A stretch of DNA of 50,898 nucleotides, taken from a virus (taxonomy: Duplodnaviria; Caudoviricetes). The translations under genes and the position numbers were made by a program. The notes under the pieces were generated by a model. It searched no databases. It was not told the origin of the DNA and saw only the letters and a list, made by a program, of their open reading frames with translations. Positions 19,601-29,557 of the stretch are shown in pieces (the first letter of the stretch is position 1; the number at the start of each line of letters is the position of its first letter). The DNA is taken from positions 1 to 50,898 of the IMG/VR virus record IMGVR_UViG_3300030372_003784; one strand, given 5' to 3'.

Positions 19601-22600
19601 GTGGCAGATCAAAAACAAAAAAGCTTTAATCACACATGGTATTAAAATCAAACCTGTTTCATCTATTAATGTTGGAAATATAGAAGATAGGACAGGTTTA
19701 GCTAGAGTTGTTGCTAATGATGATCTTAGCATAACTCTAGAAGTGAATACATCTGCTTTGTCAGGTGCCCTTAAAGGTTCATCAGATCCTTACGATACCT
19801 TTCAATCAACTATGGGGCATGAGATAATACATGCTCTTGAGTTTGTACATTTAAGGAGAGAATACTTAGCTTTAACACCTGCTCAAAGGAAACAACAATC
19901 TTTCAATAATTTTATAATCAATAGGAAAAGAGAAATTTATAATTCTATTGAGGGTTCCGAAGATATTACGGAGGATATACGTAGAGAAGTTGTTTCATTG
20001 TATTTAAACATGCCCATTGAAGATGTTGTTCTTCCTGGTGAAACCAAATACACAGCTAAGATTGAGTCTCAAAAAGATTTATCAGTTCCTGTTTACAGTA
20101 GAGTAACTAAAAAGTTTAACGCTGACCTTAACAAGGTACGTCAAAGTAAACCATTTTTTGTATCTTGGGAAGCGAGTGACTTTGAACTTAATTGGGAGAC
20201 AGAGAATAAAAGAATTGGTGAGCGTATAGATGGTAATAATATTGGTATCTACAGATACGAAACTACATTTGAGGGAGACACTAACCCAACAAAATATAAA
20301 ATAGAACTAGTTTCTACTAAAACGGCTAAAGGTGAGAAAGTTAAAGCTTGGGAATTAAAGATTACCAAAAAAGAAATTGTTGATCAGAGAGGTTTAGCAA
20401 ACACTCGTGATGTCATTGAGCCAGAAGTAAACATAACTAGAAAGTTTTTGCTACCAGAAGATGAGTTTTCCTCCAAAAGAGCTAGGAACGAAGCTGAAAA
20501 ACATATTAGAGAAAGATTAAAATTACCACCTAAAGGTAGTAAGAAAGGAAACATTGTTAACTTAAATGCTTCTGTTGTTACAACACCTTTTAACTTTGAG
20601 TTCAAATCAGAGCCACCGCACTTTGCCTTACAGACAAGGCAATTAGTACAGCGTCCTGCTAAGGTAACTGTTACTGAAGGTGTAGCTGGTGATACTATAT
20701 CTTCTCCAGAAGGAGACATTGTAAACAGAGATACCTTTGACACAAAAGAAGAAGCTGAAAAAGCTGCAAGGCAAACTGTAGATAACTTCATTGGTAAGCT
20801 TAAAGAACAAGCTGAAGAGAATGCTCGTAAAGAATTATCTGGACCACTATATACTTACACCGAAACCGAAATCAACGAGGGTTTCAGTAAAGATGAAAAT
20901 GGTAACTACAAGAATGATGAGTTCGCATCTTTTGTAGCCACAGAGTTTAGTCCTGAGCAAGAGCAACAAGTACGTGATGCTTTTGAAATTAAAGTAGATG
21001 AAAAGAAACCTCAATTAAATGAGGAGTTAATTCTTTCAGAAGCTACCCGTATGATCATTGAGGCTAGAAAGTCTGGAGATGGTAAGCTTTCTCAAGAAGA
21101 GAAGCTTATGAATAACTCTAAGTTTCCAGCTTTCCTTCAAAACATTTTAGACTTACTTAAAAGCTACGCTAGAAGAATTGCTGCTACAATATCAGATGTA
21201 CCAAAACAACTTAATGATTTAATTATTTCTGTTGAAGACATATTAGCTGATTATAATTCTAGGCTTTTAGAAGTTGAATTAAGGGGCACAGAGATGCCAC
21301 CAAAGGCAGAGAGCTTTTACTTTGCTAGATTACTTAAAGAGGCATCAGCTAGGTTGTTAGGTAAAAAAGGTAAAGTAAGACTAACAGCCGTTAACTCTGA
21401 CAAGTATCAATTTACTGGTGAGTCTGAGGATGTAACTATAGAAAGAATACCTTACGCCAACAACGTAGATTTAGGTACAACATTTCGTGTTACTAAAAAA
21501 GATCAAGATAAGTGGGTCGTGCGTAGAAATGGCAAGCCACTGATGATGCGCTTACTATCTAAATCTGAATCTATGGAGTCAGAAGTTCATGCCATCTTTG
21601 ATTCTCCTCAACAAGCATCTGTTTGGTTTGCATCACAAGAAGAATCAGACACTCCTGAGATTACATTTAATAAAGTAGAGACTGCTGATAATAAAGAAGA
21701 GCACATTTCAAATGCAGGTATAATTAGGATTGTTAAAGAAGATACTAAATTTAGACTTTATGTAGATGGTCAACTTTATGGTAGTGATACTAACACAGAC
21801 TTAAATACTTTTGATACTCTTGAAGCAGCAAAAGAAGTAGCACAGAGTGAGTGGGAGAATTTATTTTCTGAACTTGCACAACCACAGACGGCTTCAGCAG
21901 CTACGGAAGCTTTCCTTGCACGACAACGAATTTTAAAAAATATAAAGTATCCTTCTCCAAGTATTGAAGTAACAAATTTTTACAAAAACAATTCTGTTGA
22001 AGTCGATGAGAGTAAACAAGACTCTGTCTTTCCAGAAGATACTTTTAACGAAGGGTTTAGAAAAGATTCCAAGTGGCTTAAAGAAGCACCTGATCAATCA
22101 AGCAATGATTATGTAAACTCATTGCTAGTAAATTTATTGGGAGCTAAGTCTGTTAAGGAGGGAACAGTTGTAAGTTATAAACAGATTGAGTACACACCTT
22201 TCTCTGATACTAATGAAACCCCTGCAAAACAAACATCGGCTATCCTACGACATGGCAATGAAATAATTATGTTAGTCGATGTTGCCCCTAATGTTACATT
22301 ACCTTTCTATATATTCAATGGTCAACATGATAACACTGATGGCTTATTTGAAATGGGTAAGTGGTACCCATTCTTAGGTATCTCTGAGTCAGGTGGCTGG
22401 ATGTCAAAACTTGATGGGTTCAATGCTAGAAAAGGATTTGATATTGATGGCGTTAAACAGACACAGCTTGAGCTTAATAAAGCAATCCCCCCGTCTATCA
22501 TTGATGCTTCTCAAATACCATTAGCTAAATTTTCTGAGGGTAAAGAGAAACAGGAAGCAGGATTCATGACTCATGTTTCATGGATCAATGATGTTACATT

Positions 22601-25600
22601 TAATAATCTCAGACCACAGTTGGCGGTTGAAGTTGAAGAGACTGAAGAGTTAACAAAAGCTCAAAAAGCTATTGAAAAGAGGTACATGGCTGCTGTTAAA
22701 AAAGGAGACATGGATGCTGCTGACAAAGCACTATATGACTTTGCTAAGTCTGTAGGTTTTAACACCATTGCTTGGCATGGCAATCGTAAAGGGGGAGACT
22801 TCACTGTATTCGATGACGCAAAATTAGGGGATACTACAGGTTCTATCAACACAGAGTTAGGTCACTTCTTTGCTACCAGTAAAGATACAGCACAGACATA
22901 TAACAATCTGACTTTCTTCAAAGGATTTGAAACCAAAGGAGCTGACAAAGGTCTTCTTGATTCTGCTAAAGCTCTTATGAAATCAATTGTGGATGCTGTT
23001 AAAAAGTTTCCTACGATGCCAGACAACGAGAATCCTCTTTTTCGTAAGAAGTCTACTTTTACTTTTGTTGAAAAAGAAGGAACCGTTAAGTTTTTTGATA
23101 GTGATGGTAAACGTGTGCTTTCTGAGGAATCTAAAAAAAGTATAACTAAAAATGTTCTTGATCTAAACCCAATACCTGCTGGTCAAGCTAAGTCGGCAGA
23201 AGCTTTTCTGTTAGGGATACAACAATTAATGATCCTAGCTAAATATGTAAATGTTTATTCGTGGGCAGGTTCTAGGTTACTCCATCAAGCAGCGGCAAGT
23301 TATGATTTTAATAACCCACAGAGTTCGATTGCTATTGTTCCTTCTAAAGATGGAAATGTCCGACCCTTCTTCTTGAAGACGGGAGAGCAAGGAACTTTTA
23401 AGTCACCTTATTTAGTTTCTCAGAAAACTTTGCATAAGCCCCAAAGGTGGCATGCAGAAATGGCTCAGAAGATGAGGGCAGGGGAAACCGACCGTACTGC
23501 TTTTGCTACTGAAGATCCTACTACAGATGCAGGGATATCAGGGGTTAAACAGTTGAGTCAGGAGGAACTGCTAACAGCGATACGAGAAGGTGGTGAACTG
23601 AAAGGTGGGATAGGGGCTGCCAGCATAGAGAAGTCCCATATCTGGATTATTCCAGATACATCTAATATAAGGTCAGCAGATACAGTAGTAAAAGATGAGT
23701 CAGGTAACGTGATACCTCCATCCCAGAGATTTGCTTCTGGTAAACGAGACATTTATGGTAGAGACCCTAACAGAGTTGTTGTACCAGAAAAAGATTCAGA
23801 CTCTTTTTACAAATCTTACAAAAACTTACAGGTCAAGAAGGAACAAATTGAGGAAGCAGAGAGTGCAACTCCAGAACCTGTACCTACTGAACCTGTAACT
23901 CCAGAACCTGCAACAGAACCCAAGCGGGCATATGGGGATAGTGATACTAGAGATCCACTTGAATTCTTTTATAGAAGGCCAGAGCTCCATATTCTCGATA
24001 GAGCTAAAAAGGCAATCAGTAGGCTTAAAGAACAGATTAAAGAGAAGGAAGAGGAGGATGCTGGTGGTAAACCTTTGATCAAGAACAATATAGTGGACAT
24101 GGTAAGGAGAAGGCTTGGCAAACTTGAAAAGATTTTTGAGAATTTTGGTGGAAGAGAGACTGCACGTAAAGCTGTCACTAACTTTACTGAAACAGAAACT
24201 TTAGTACAAAAATACAAAGACCTTAAATCTTTACCAGATGATCAGGCAGATGTCTTTACTAATATATTGATCTTGGCTAGTGAGCTAGAATTAATAGACT
24301 TTTCACAAGGCAGACCAGAAGTCACAGAGAGCACTCCTAAAAAGGTTGAGCTACCTCCTAAAGATGAACTAGTTTCTGTTACCAAAGAACAAACACCAGC
24401 TAAAGAAACTATTTATGTAGCCCGTGTCGAGGATCAGGTTGCAGGTGAGTTTAAAACTAAAGCCGAAGCGGATGCTGGTGTGGAGGAAGCTTATCAAACA
24501 GCTTCTGAACCTGATGTTATTCCTGAAGAAGGAACCTATGAGTTGACTCCTCCTACTAGGAAAAAACCTGTGAAGGTTAAAGGGTTTGGAGCGGACATGA
24601 AGTGGTATAACGAGGAGGTAGGTGGGTGGTTCACACCTGAACCTGCATGGATGAATGCATGGTCTGCTCAGATGAAAGACCCCACTGTAGCCACTGATGA
24701 AACTGTTGAAGAAACCCCTGTCGAAACACCTTCTAAGGTTAAAGTTACGAAGATGGGTGTTGCTGCTTATGATAGAAATGTTCAAGATGGAACCATCGTT
24801 GAAAACAAAGAAGAAAAAACTTTTACATATGAGAACCGTAAATACAAAGGTCCATATCGTTACCCTAAGTCTAGTGACCCTTCTTTAATTGAAGGAGTTG
24901 AAGTTGATGAAACAGCCTCAGCACCTGCAACGATGATTCCCGAAAGAGTTTATGAGATCTCTGGTGGAGAAACCACAGCAAGTATATCACAAGATCAAGA
25001 GCGTGTAGCTCAATTAGCTAACACGGCTAAGACTTCAGCCTTACAATTTACTAATGCTGTTCAAAATGATATTGACCCTAACATTGAGAATGGGGCTATA
25101 TGGTTTGAAGTACAGGAGAAAGAAACTGTTGTTCATGTAAACCCTTATGGTATCCATGAGATTACAGATGGGTTGGCACCACAAGAAGCAATTGATTTAG
25201 TTAATGCTGAGGTTGTGAATGTTATGGCTCGTGCTTCTGCAATGAGAGCTTTATCTAATTCAGATCTTGATGCTTCTGTTGCTACAATGACTGATGCTCA
25301 ACTAGACAATTACATCGATGATGTGTTTACTGATGAAGCTAAACAAGAAGAGATTAGACAAGCATTAAATGACCCCGACACTAGAACAGAAGCTGCGAGA
25401 ATAATTATTGAAGGTCACCTTGTTAACTATAGTCTCCGTACTTTAACTGGGAGTTCTATAACTCAAGACAGACACTTCGCTAGATCTGAACCTACATTTA
25501 AAGCAGTCGTTTGGAACTTCTTTAAGAAAGTACTTACAAGGTTATACGCAGGGCAAAGACTTAATAGGGAGAATCCAACCATAGCCCTTATGGTTAATCG

Positions 25601-28600
25601 TGTAGTCAGTGAGTTAAGAGTTATTAAGGGGGGCGTTAGAGCTCAAAGGAATATAACTTTCAACCCTGATGAGCCTGACTTAGGTGGGCAAGCTTTGATA
25701 GAACAATATCAAAAAGATTATGAGACAGGTGAAGTATCAGCTCCTGCTACTACGGTTCCTGCTAGCCCAGGAGATGCCCCAACTGCACCTCAACAAGGGA
25801 GCCCTGAGGATATAACTAACAAATTAGACTTCGAGCCTGTAATAACATTACTTGAATTACCTGTAGCTGCTTTAGGTAAATACAAGAAACCTAAACATAG
25901 GTACTTTGCAGGAGAAAGAGATCCAAGGTTGCAGGCTTTATACTTACAACATAAAGGATATAAAAATTTTATAGAGGAGGCTCTTGGGCAGTTTCAAAAA
26001 GAATATGAAGACGCTGTCAATGATGTATTCCCTGACACAGAGGATACCCCAATAGGTTTACTCAGGAAAGCAATAGGTAATGCTTCAGGAGTGGAGACAG
26101 AAGAGTTTCAAGTTAGGAAAGAGGAAATAATAAATCAGTATGAAGAAGATCAAAGAGATTTATCTGAAAGGTCTTTAAGTAAAGATGAGTATAACGACCG
26201 CCTTGATGAAATTAAAAGTAGATATAAAGAGCTTATTTCAGAAGCAAAGGCTGATGTTATTCAAAATATAAAAGAAGATCAACAACAAGCCCTTGAAGAG
26301 ATTCGATCTCTTCCTAATGGTGAAAAGTTAGCTATAATACTTGAGAGATTTAGAGCTAAGATAGATAAGATGTCAGAAAAGTTTGCTGAGATGCAGGACA
26401 AAAGAAGTCCTGAACTTAACGCACACCTTACTAGTCAACTAGGTATATACATAACAAGGTCATATAAGATCTTTCAGGATGAAGGTTGGATCTCAAAAGT
26501 TTTATTCCCAGAGAATGACCGCTTTGCTCAGATCAGACAAGATGGTATTGATGGACTACGTGCCAACTATATTCCTTTAATGATTAACCGTAAGATAGAA
26601 CAGGTTGATCGGAATCCAGAAAAGTATGAAGAGTACAGTGATTGGACTAACTTAACAACTAGAGAGAAAAAAGAAGCTATAAAAAACAATAGTAAGTACA
26701 TGGCTGAGATTGAAGCTGACCTTACAAATGATGATCAATCTATTCTAGAAGACTTCATGTATTACTATCAAACAGAGGTCAATAATCAAAGAGATGGCAA
26801 TGCTATTTATTTAGATAAGAATAGATCTGTTGATAGTTTACGTCAGAAAAAATACCTACCAAAATACATAAGAGATTTGTTAGGTGAAGTAGAAACACCA
26901 GATTTCAATTTAATAAATACATTTTTAAATGTAGGTAACATACTTAATAACCATAACTTCTTTCAAAATATTATTGATACAGGTAGGAGGGGAGAAACAA
27001 TAAGTGATAGATGGTTCTTAACCCCAGAAGAACTAAGTACTCTTAGCCCTGAAGAACAGAGAACTTGGATAAGAGTAGATGATCCAAAAAATGGTATTCA
27101 AATAGGTGGAGTACAGACATCAATACCTGAAAAGAATAGGTCTGGAAGAGACCAACTTAATCCTTTTAATAACTTTATAGATACGGATGACAAACGAAAG
27201 AAACTCTTTGCTCAACAAGATACAATAGATGGTATCAACACACTTAGAAGTCAAGCTGCTGATAAGGCTAGCTTAGGCTATGCTAAAAAACTTGAGGAGA
27301 ATATTAATGGGGCTGCCCGTAGTTTAACAGGCTATGCTATGGCAGGTAAAACTTTAGGTAATGTTGGATTCTACATTAGAAATGTTGTGTCTAATATATT
27401 ATTCTTTGGTCCTGCCCAAGGATCTTTTGTGAATCCATTTAGAATTTTTAATCAGGTTAAAACAAGTAGATCTTTATACACTCCTGACTCTATTGAGGAA
27501 TACAGAGAGCTATTAAAAGGATTATTTATTATAGGTGATGATGTAACGAGTGAGGTTTTAAGTGATTTGATTAACAATAAAATCACAGAGGAATCTTTAC
27601 TTGATAGTATAGATAACACTAATAAGAAAGACCTGAATAAACTAGGTAAACTTGCAGGTAAACTTGCAGGAAAACCAATTAAGTTTTTAGCTAAACAATC
27701 AGCTTTAGTAGATTCTTTCTACAAGATTGCAAGGTTTGAAGAAGAGTTAGCAACCTTTAAGAAAGCTCAAGAGGTAGCAAAAGATGGGGATGATTTACAT
27801 GAAAAGACGCTTGGACAACTTCAAAGGCTTGCTGCTCACAAAGTCTTAGATACATCTCAGTCTTTTGTACGGACAACCCCTGCTGCTAAGGCAATGCAGA
27901 ATTCTATTCTTGGTTTGGCTGTTGTCCCCTTCGTTAGATTCTACATGGAGGTGCCAAGGATAATGTACAACACAATTAAAGTAGCTACTCAAGAGATGGC
28001 TTCTGGAAACGCTGTGTTAAAAGCTAGAGGGCTTAGAAGAATCACAGGTTTTGCAACTACTGTTGCTGGTGCTGGTTATATTGCACCATCGATATTTAGA
28101 CAGTTAGCTAACATTACTGACGAGGAAGAAGAAGTACTTAGAGAAGCCGCTCCAAACTATTCACAGACTCATACATTCTTCTACACTCGTGTCGGTGATA
28201 AACTTTTAAGCTGGGACTTTACATTCGTTAATCCTTTTGCCCAGATGACAGATGGTGGTGCACGGTTCTTTGAGTATGCTCGACGGGGTGACATGGAGAA
28301 AGCTACTGAACTGCTACTAAAAAGTTTCATTGGTGTCCCATTCCTTCAAGGTCAGATATCAACTGGAGCTATCATCGAAGCTATTAATGATAAAGATTCT
28401 TTCGGTAAAACCATTTCTAAAGTTGGTGATGGTGAGATGGAAAACTTAGCTAGAAAGTTTTTACACGTATTTGAAAGTGGCTATGAGCCACCAACTGTGC
28501 AGAGAATACGTACTAAAATGTTTGCTGCTTCAGACGCAGACAGGGAAGAATTCTTACAGACACCTTATGGAATGTTGTTAGCAGAATTCTTACCTGCTAA

Positions 28601-29039
28601 ACCATACGAGATAGACCCTAACAAAATTGCTGATAAGATATTCAGGAAGTTAAGTGCTCAGAAAGCACAACTCTCTTATGAGAAAGGTGTCCTCAAGTAT
28701 GATAGACCTTTGTCCAGAGGGAATGTAGAAGATCTAGTAGCTGATCAGATAGATGGTTTGATGACTATAGCAGACAGAGCTTTACACTACGAGAACGGAC
28801 TCAAAGCTTTAGGTGTGTCAGATAAATACTACAGGAACAAACTTGATAAGCTACTTACTAAAGCAGATGCTGCTCTCCTTAGACGCACTGGTAAGATACG
28901 CTCACCACAACTCTCCGATAGTATTAAGAAATCTATCAGGAAAGTATCTGTAAAATACCCTGATGTGGGTGACAGATTACGTCTGTGGAGAGAAGCTATC
29001 AATGAGTATGGTCAAACAATAGACGTGACAGGAGATTAA
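16614..29039 (+). CDS. giant (4141 aa) polyvalent internal virion protein with zincin (HEIIH) and ADP-ribosyltransferase-like domains
   Basis: Uninterrupted 12.4-kb ORF; Gly/Ala-rich hydrophobic segments in the N-terminal part; GHEIIHALE at about 19815; YMAAVKKGD..., WHGN...F.VFD...GHFFAT...A.TY, VRPFFLK and NIRSAD...GNVIPPSQRF match the ART-PolyVal pattern. Confidence 0.75.
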   Translation: MSETIFPELAPPTYSTPETPATAPILKFNEWQQTEAEGIEDLKDQERSYFDYFRLEKFKRDELTPSTEADIRQLYFENLGVEPDLSEEERSQIGLQSTAFKPSLDQQIELVKGGYGEKEIQPFLDLPEVDQNKKFSDAKEMLVRRGQLSFASFKKDGKSFVQAGNYDKLSPNDISFAKQEALSAIETGALNPTDLWQVSQGLTKSGVGERSIFQNELDQDLLGKLQDILTKEASGAEYQPLTDALDEVITTKDEKSFFSQLTDDDPTSITQVLIDEDPTGIRSVQNTLIRLFNEDKGVTTKANFERISDSDVYTRDRVITLVQELAVRHANDNNEFAYTDDPKSLKDNIRRSQLGVPMADPRLMMQRDNFKKSLLQHQGLSDVEKDLLKRQREFYMLSRAKRFDSILSDFSATSDKWLTLKTSDPEAFKNNPVEVFDEFLSDDDNYKSFQNKALGVASSVKDALFGLVASVGALAGNQNAVDYLFEYQKEQQERAELANLFGDEMGTTYQVLSTATPMIADIGITTLLTTTTAMGGAGYVAAKTAAKKMAKELAEDVVKGVKPPMTFGKVFSKELTNNLGKMGYQVPALTTSTAARIFGNSYATIYSALPDDPDLSAEENHQYKRDRALGYGARAAVGGGLITAAFSALGFGGFESVFLRRGTFRQLKNVHDKFASKLNASYGGAGMSSAQFKKFLIDSSKRVNKELFAGLKGKGFIPLTLTRAAEEAVEEGLQEIFIGTMEEAGHKQDVPLLDLLHRGLNAAKVGGILGGAASAVRSGVQAISGKDTFVGDAGLFEAEQARLISQDRKLLNRLRANDANLTAEVLEGILLSAPARTGTGSADGTTTPTTPTTPTQPDASPRKPDTNLKNKVDEAKNKEAAAKKEVEVAEKNLQEKQSGTPLKNSKGQNVGSTKQVDSEAVEEAEEKLNQATTNYNEAVETRELAEQVYKASTTPSEEKGDLTKGDLTKGETKTLEKVVPSEALTEVSGLSTVLNQWQIKNKKALITHGIKIKPVSSINVGNIEDRTGLARVVANDDLSITLEVNTSALSGALKGSSDPYDTFQSTMGHEIIHALEFVHLRREYLALTPAQRKQQSFNNFIINRKREIYNSIEGSEDITEDIRREVVSLYLNMPIEDVVLPGETKYTAKIESQKDLSVPVYSRVTKKFNADLNKVRQSKPFFVSWEASDFELNWETENKRIGERIDGNNIGIYRYETTFEGDTNPTKYKIELVSTKTAKGEKVKAWELKITKKEIVDQRGLANTRDVIEPEVNITRKFLLPEDEFSSKRARNEAEKHIRERLKLPPKGSKKGNIVNLNASVVTTPFNFEFKSEPPHFALQTRQLVQRPAKVTVTEGVAGDTISSPEGDIVNRDTFDTKEEAEKAARQTVDNFIGKLKEQAEENARKELSGPLYTYTETEINEGFSKDENGNYKNDEFASFVATEFSPEQEQQVRDAFEIKVDEKKPQLNEELILSEATRMIIEARKSGDGKLSQEEKLMNNSKFPAFLQNILDLLKSYARRIAATISDVPKQLNDLIISVEDILADYNSRLLEVELRGTEMPPKAESFYFARLLKEASARLLGKKGKVRLTAVNSDKYQFTGESEDVTIERIPYANNVDLGTTFRVTKKDQDKWVVRRNGKPLMMRLLSKSESMESEVHAIFDSPQQASVWFASQEESDTPEITFNKVETADNKEEHISNAGIIRIVKEDTKFRLYVDGQLYGSDTNTDLNTFDTLEAAKEVAQSEWENLFSELAQPQTASAATEAFLARQRILKNIKYPSPSIEVTNFYKNNSVEVDESKQDSVFPEDTFNEGFRKDSKWLKEAPDQSSNDYVNSLLVNLLGAKSVKEGTVVSYKQIEYTPFSDTNETPAKQTSAILRHGNEIIMLVDVAPNVTLPFYIFNGQHDNTDGLFEMGKWYPFLGISESGGWMSKLDGFNARKGFDIDGVKQTQLELNKAIPPSIIDASQIPLAKFSEGKEKQEAGFMTHVSWINDVTFNNLRPQLAVEVEETEELTKAQKAIEKRYMAAVKKGDMDAADKALYDFAKSVGFNTIAWHGNRKGGDFTVFDDAKLGDTTGSINTELGHFFATSKDTAQTYNNLTFFKGFETKGADKGLLDSAKALMKSIVDAVKKFPTMPDNENPLFRKKSTFTFVEKEGTVKFFDSDGKRVLSEESKKSITKNVLDLNPIPAGQAKSAEAFLLGIQQLMILAKYVNVYSWAGSRLLHQAAASYDFNNPQSSIAIVPSKDGNVRPFFLKTGEQGTFKSPYLVSQKTLHKPQRWHAEMAQKMRAGETDRTAFATEDPTTDAGISGVKQLSQEELLTAIREGGELKGGIGAASIEKSHIWIIPDTSNIRSADTVVKDESGNVIPPSQRFASGKRDIYGRDPNRVVVPEKDSDSFYKSYKNLQVKKEQIEEAESATPEPVPTEPVTPEPATEPKRAYGDSDTRDPLEFFYRRPELHILDRAKKAISRLKEQIKEKEEEDAGGKPLIKNNIVDMVRRRLGKLEKIFENFGGRETARKAVTNFTETETLVQKYKDLKSLPDDQADVFTNILILASELELIDFSQGRPEVTESTPKKVELPPKDELVSVTKEQTPAKETIYVARVEDQVAGEFKTKAEADAGVEEAYQTASEPDVIPEEGTYELTPPTRKKPVKVKGFGADMKWYNEEVGGWFTPEPAWMNAWSAQMKDPTVATDETVEETPVETPSKVKVTKMGVAAYDRNVQDGTIVENKEEKTFTYENRKYKGPYRYPKSSDPSLIEGVEVDETASAPATMIPERVYEISGGETTASISQDQERVAQLANTAKTSALQFTNAVQNDIDPNIENGAIWFEVQEKETVVHVNPYGIHEITDGLAPQEAIDLVNAEVVNVMARASAMRALSNSDLDASVATMTDAQLDNYIDDVFTDEAKQEEIRQALNDPDTRTEAARIIIEGHLVNYSLRTLTGSSITQDRHFARSEPTFKAVVWNFFKKVLTRLYAGQRLNRENPTIALMVNRVVSELRVIKGGVRAQRNITFNPDEPDLGGQALIEQYQKDYETGEVSAPATTVPASPGDAPTAPQQGSPEDITNKLDFEPVITLLELPVAALGKYKKPKHRYFAGERDPRLQALYLQHKGYKNFIEEALGQFQKEYEDAVNDVFPDTEDTPIGLLRKAIGNASGVETEEFQVRKEEIINQYEEDQRDLSERSLSKDEYNDRLDEIKSRYKELISEAKADVIQNIKEDQQQALEEIRSLPNGEKLAIILERFRAKIDKMSEKFAEMQDKRSPELNAHLTSQLGIYITRSYKIFQDEGWISKVLFPENDRFAQIRQDGIDGLRANYIPLMINRKIEQVDRNPEKYEEYSDWTNLTTREKKEAIKNNSKYMAEIEADLTNDDQSILEDFMYYYQTEVNNQRDGNAIYLDKNRSVDSLRQKKYLPKYIRDLLGEVETPDFNLINTFLNVGNILNNHNFFQNIIDTGRRGETISDRWFLTPEELSTLSPEEQRTWIRVDDPKNGIQIGGVQTSIPEKNRSGRDQLNPFNNFIDTDDKRKKLFAQQDTIDGINTLRSQAADKASLGYAKKLEENINGAARSLTGYAMAGKTLGNVGFYIRNVVSNILFFGPAQGSFVNPFRIFNQVKTSRSLYTPDSIEEYRELLKGLFIIGDDVTSEVLSDLINNKITEESLLDSIDNTNKKDLNKLGKLAGKLAGKPIKFLAKQSALVDSFYKIARFEEELATFKKAQEVAKDGDDLHEKTLGQLQRLAAHKVLDTSQSFVRTTPAAKAMQNSILGLAVVPFVRFYMEVPRIMYNTIKVATQEMASGNAVLKARGLRRITGFATTVAGAGYIAPSIFRQLANITDEEEEVLREAAPNYSQTHTFFYTRVGDKLLSWDFTFVNPFAQMTDGGARFFEYARRGDMEKATELLLKSFIGVPFLQGQISTGAIIEAINDKDSFGKTISKVGDGEMENLARKFLHVFESGYEPPTVQRIRTKMFAASDADREEFLQTPYGMLLAEFLPAKPYEIDPNKIADKIFRKLSAQKAQLSYEKGVLKYDRPLSRGNVEDLVADQIDGLMTIADRALHYENGLKALGVSDKYYRNKLDKLLTKADAALLRRTGKIRSPQLSDSIKKSIRKVSVKYPDVGDRLRLWREAINEYGQTIDVTGD

Positions 29040-29383
29040 CCTTTCTTCCAACTGTCAACTGTAGCATGATACCTGTTGCCTGAATCATCTTCAACTTTGA
29101 TACTCCGTATGATACCCTCTGATTCTTCATGGGTAACATAGAAAGTATCTGCCCACTTGAGTTCCTCTGCTAACTCATTACTACTAATACCTTTGCCTGC
29201 TACCTGTACCCCTGTTAACTCATCAAGGATTTCTGCTAAGGGTTTCATGTTGCGTGGTGCACCTCGCTTCCCCTTCTCTTTGAAGAGGAGCATTGGTTCT
29301 TTATCTATCACATCCAGTGTGACATAATATTGCTTTCCATCTAGGGTTGTTTCTCTTGTTATGTGGCTTGTTAGTTTAGTCAT
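29036..29383 (-). CDS. hypothetical protein
   Basis: 115-aa ORF converging on the giant gene with a TTAA stop overlap. Confidence 0.7.
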   Translation of the reverse strand: MTKLTSHITRETTLDGKQYYVTLDVIDKEPMLLFKEKGKRGAPRNMKPLAEILDELTGVQVAGKGISSNELAEELKWADTFYVTHEESEGIIRSIKVEDDSGNRYHATVDSWKKG

Positions 29384-29389
29384 TTCGTT

Positions 29390-29557
29390 TTATTTATCAT
29401 AGCTTTTTTCTCTTATTACAGTGCGTCTGAGGTAGCTATTTACCCTCATCGCCTGCTTGTAACTATTGTATACCCTGCGTTCCATTTGTGGTTCAACTAA
29501 AGTTACCCATTTATCACCATCCTTATAAAGGAAGGCTCGTAACTTTCTTATACGCAT
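29390..29557 (-). CDS. hypothetical protein (55 aa, not in the ORF track)
   Basis: MRIRKLRAFLYKDGDKWVTLVEPQMERRVYNSYKQAMRVNSYLRRTVIREKSYDK* exactly fills the gap between the methyltransferase and 29383. Confidence 0.6.
   Translation of the reverse strand: MRIRKLRAFLYKDGDKWVTLVEPQMERRVYNSYKQAMRVNSYLRRTVIREKSYDK

Noticed and set aside
2704-24888. Many 60-140 aa antisense or nested ORFs (for example 4493-4864, 7130-7528, 18881-19246, 20384-20791, 24369-24785)
   Set aside because: They shadow well-supported genes, are Ser/Leu/Phe-rich as expected for antisense frames, and lack motifs, unlike the methyltransferase alternative frame.
16614-29039. Giant protein as an N4-like or crAss-like virion RNA polymerase
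   Set aside because: Size fits, but I found no T7-type motif set, and the nearest match to a DxDxD loop (GFDIDG, about 22435) has only two Asp residues.
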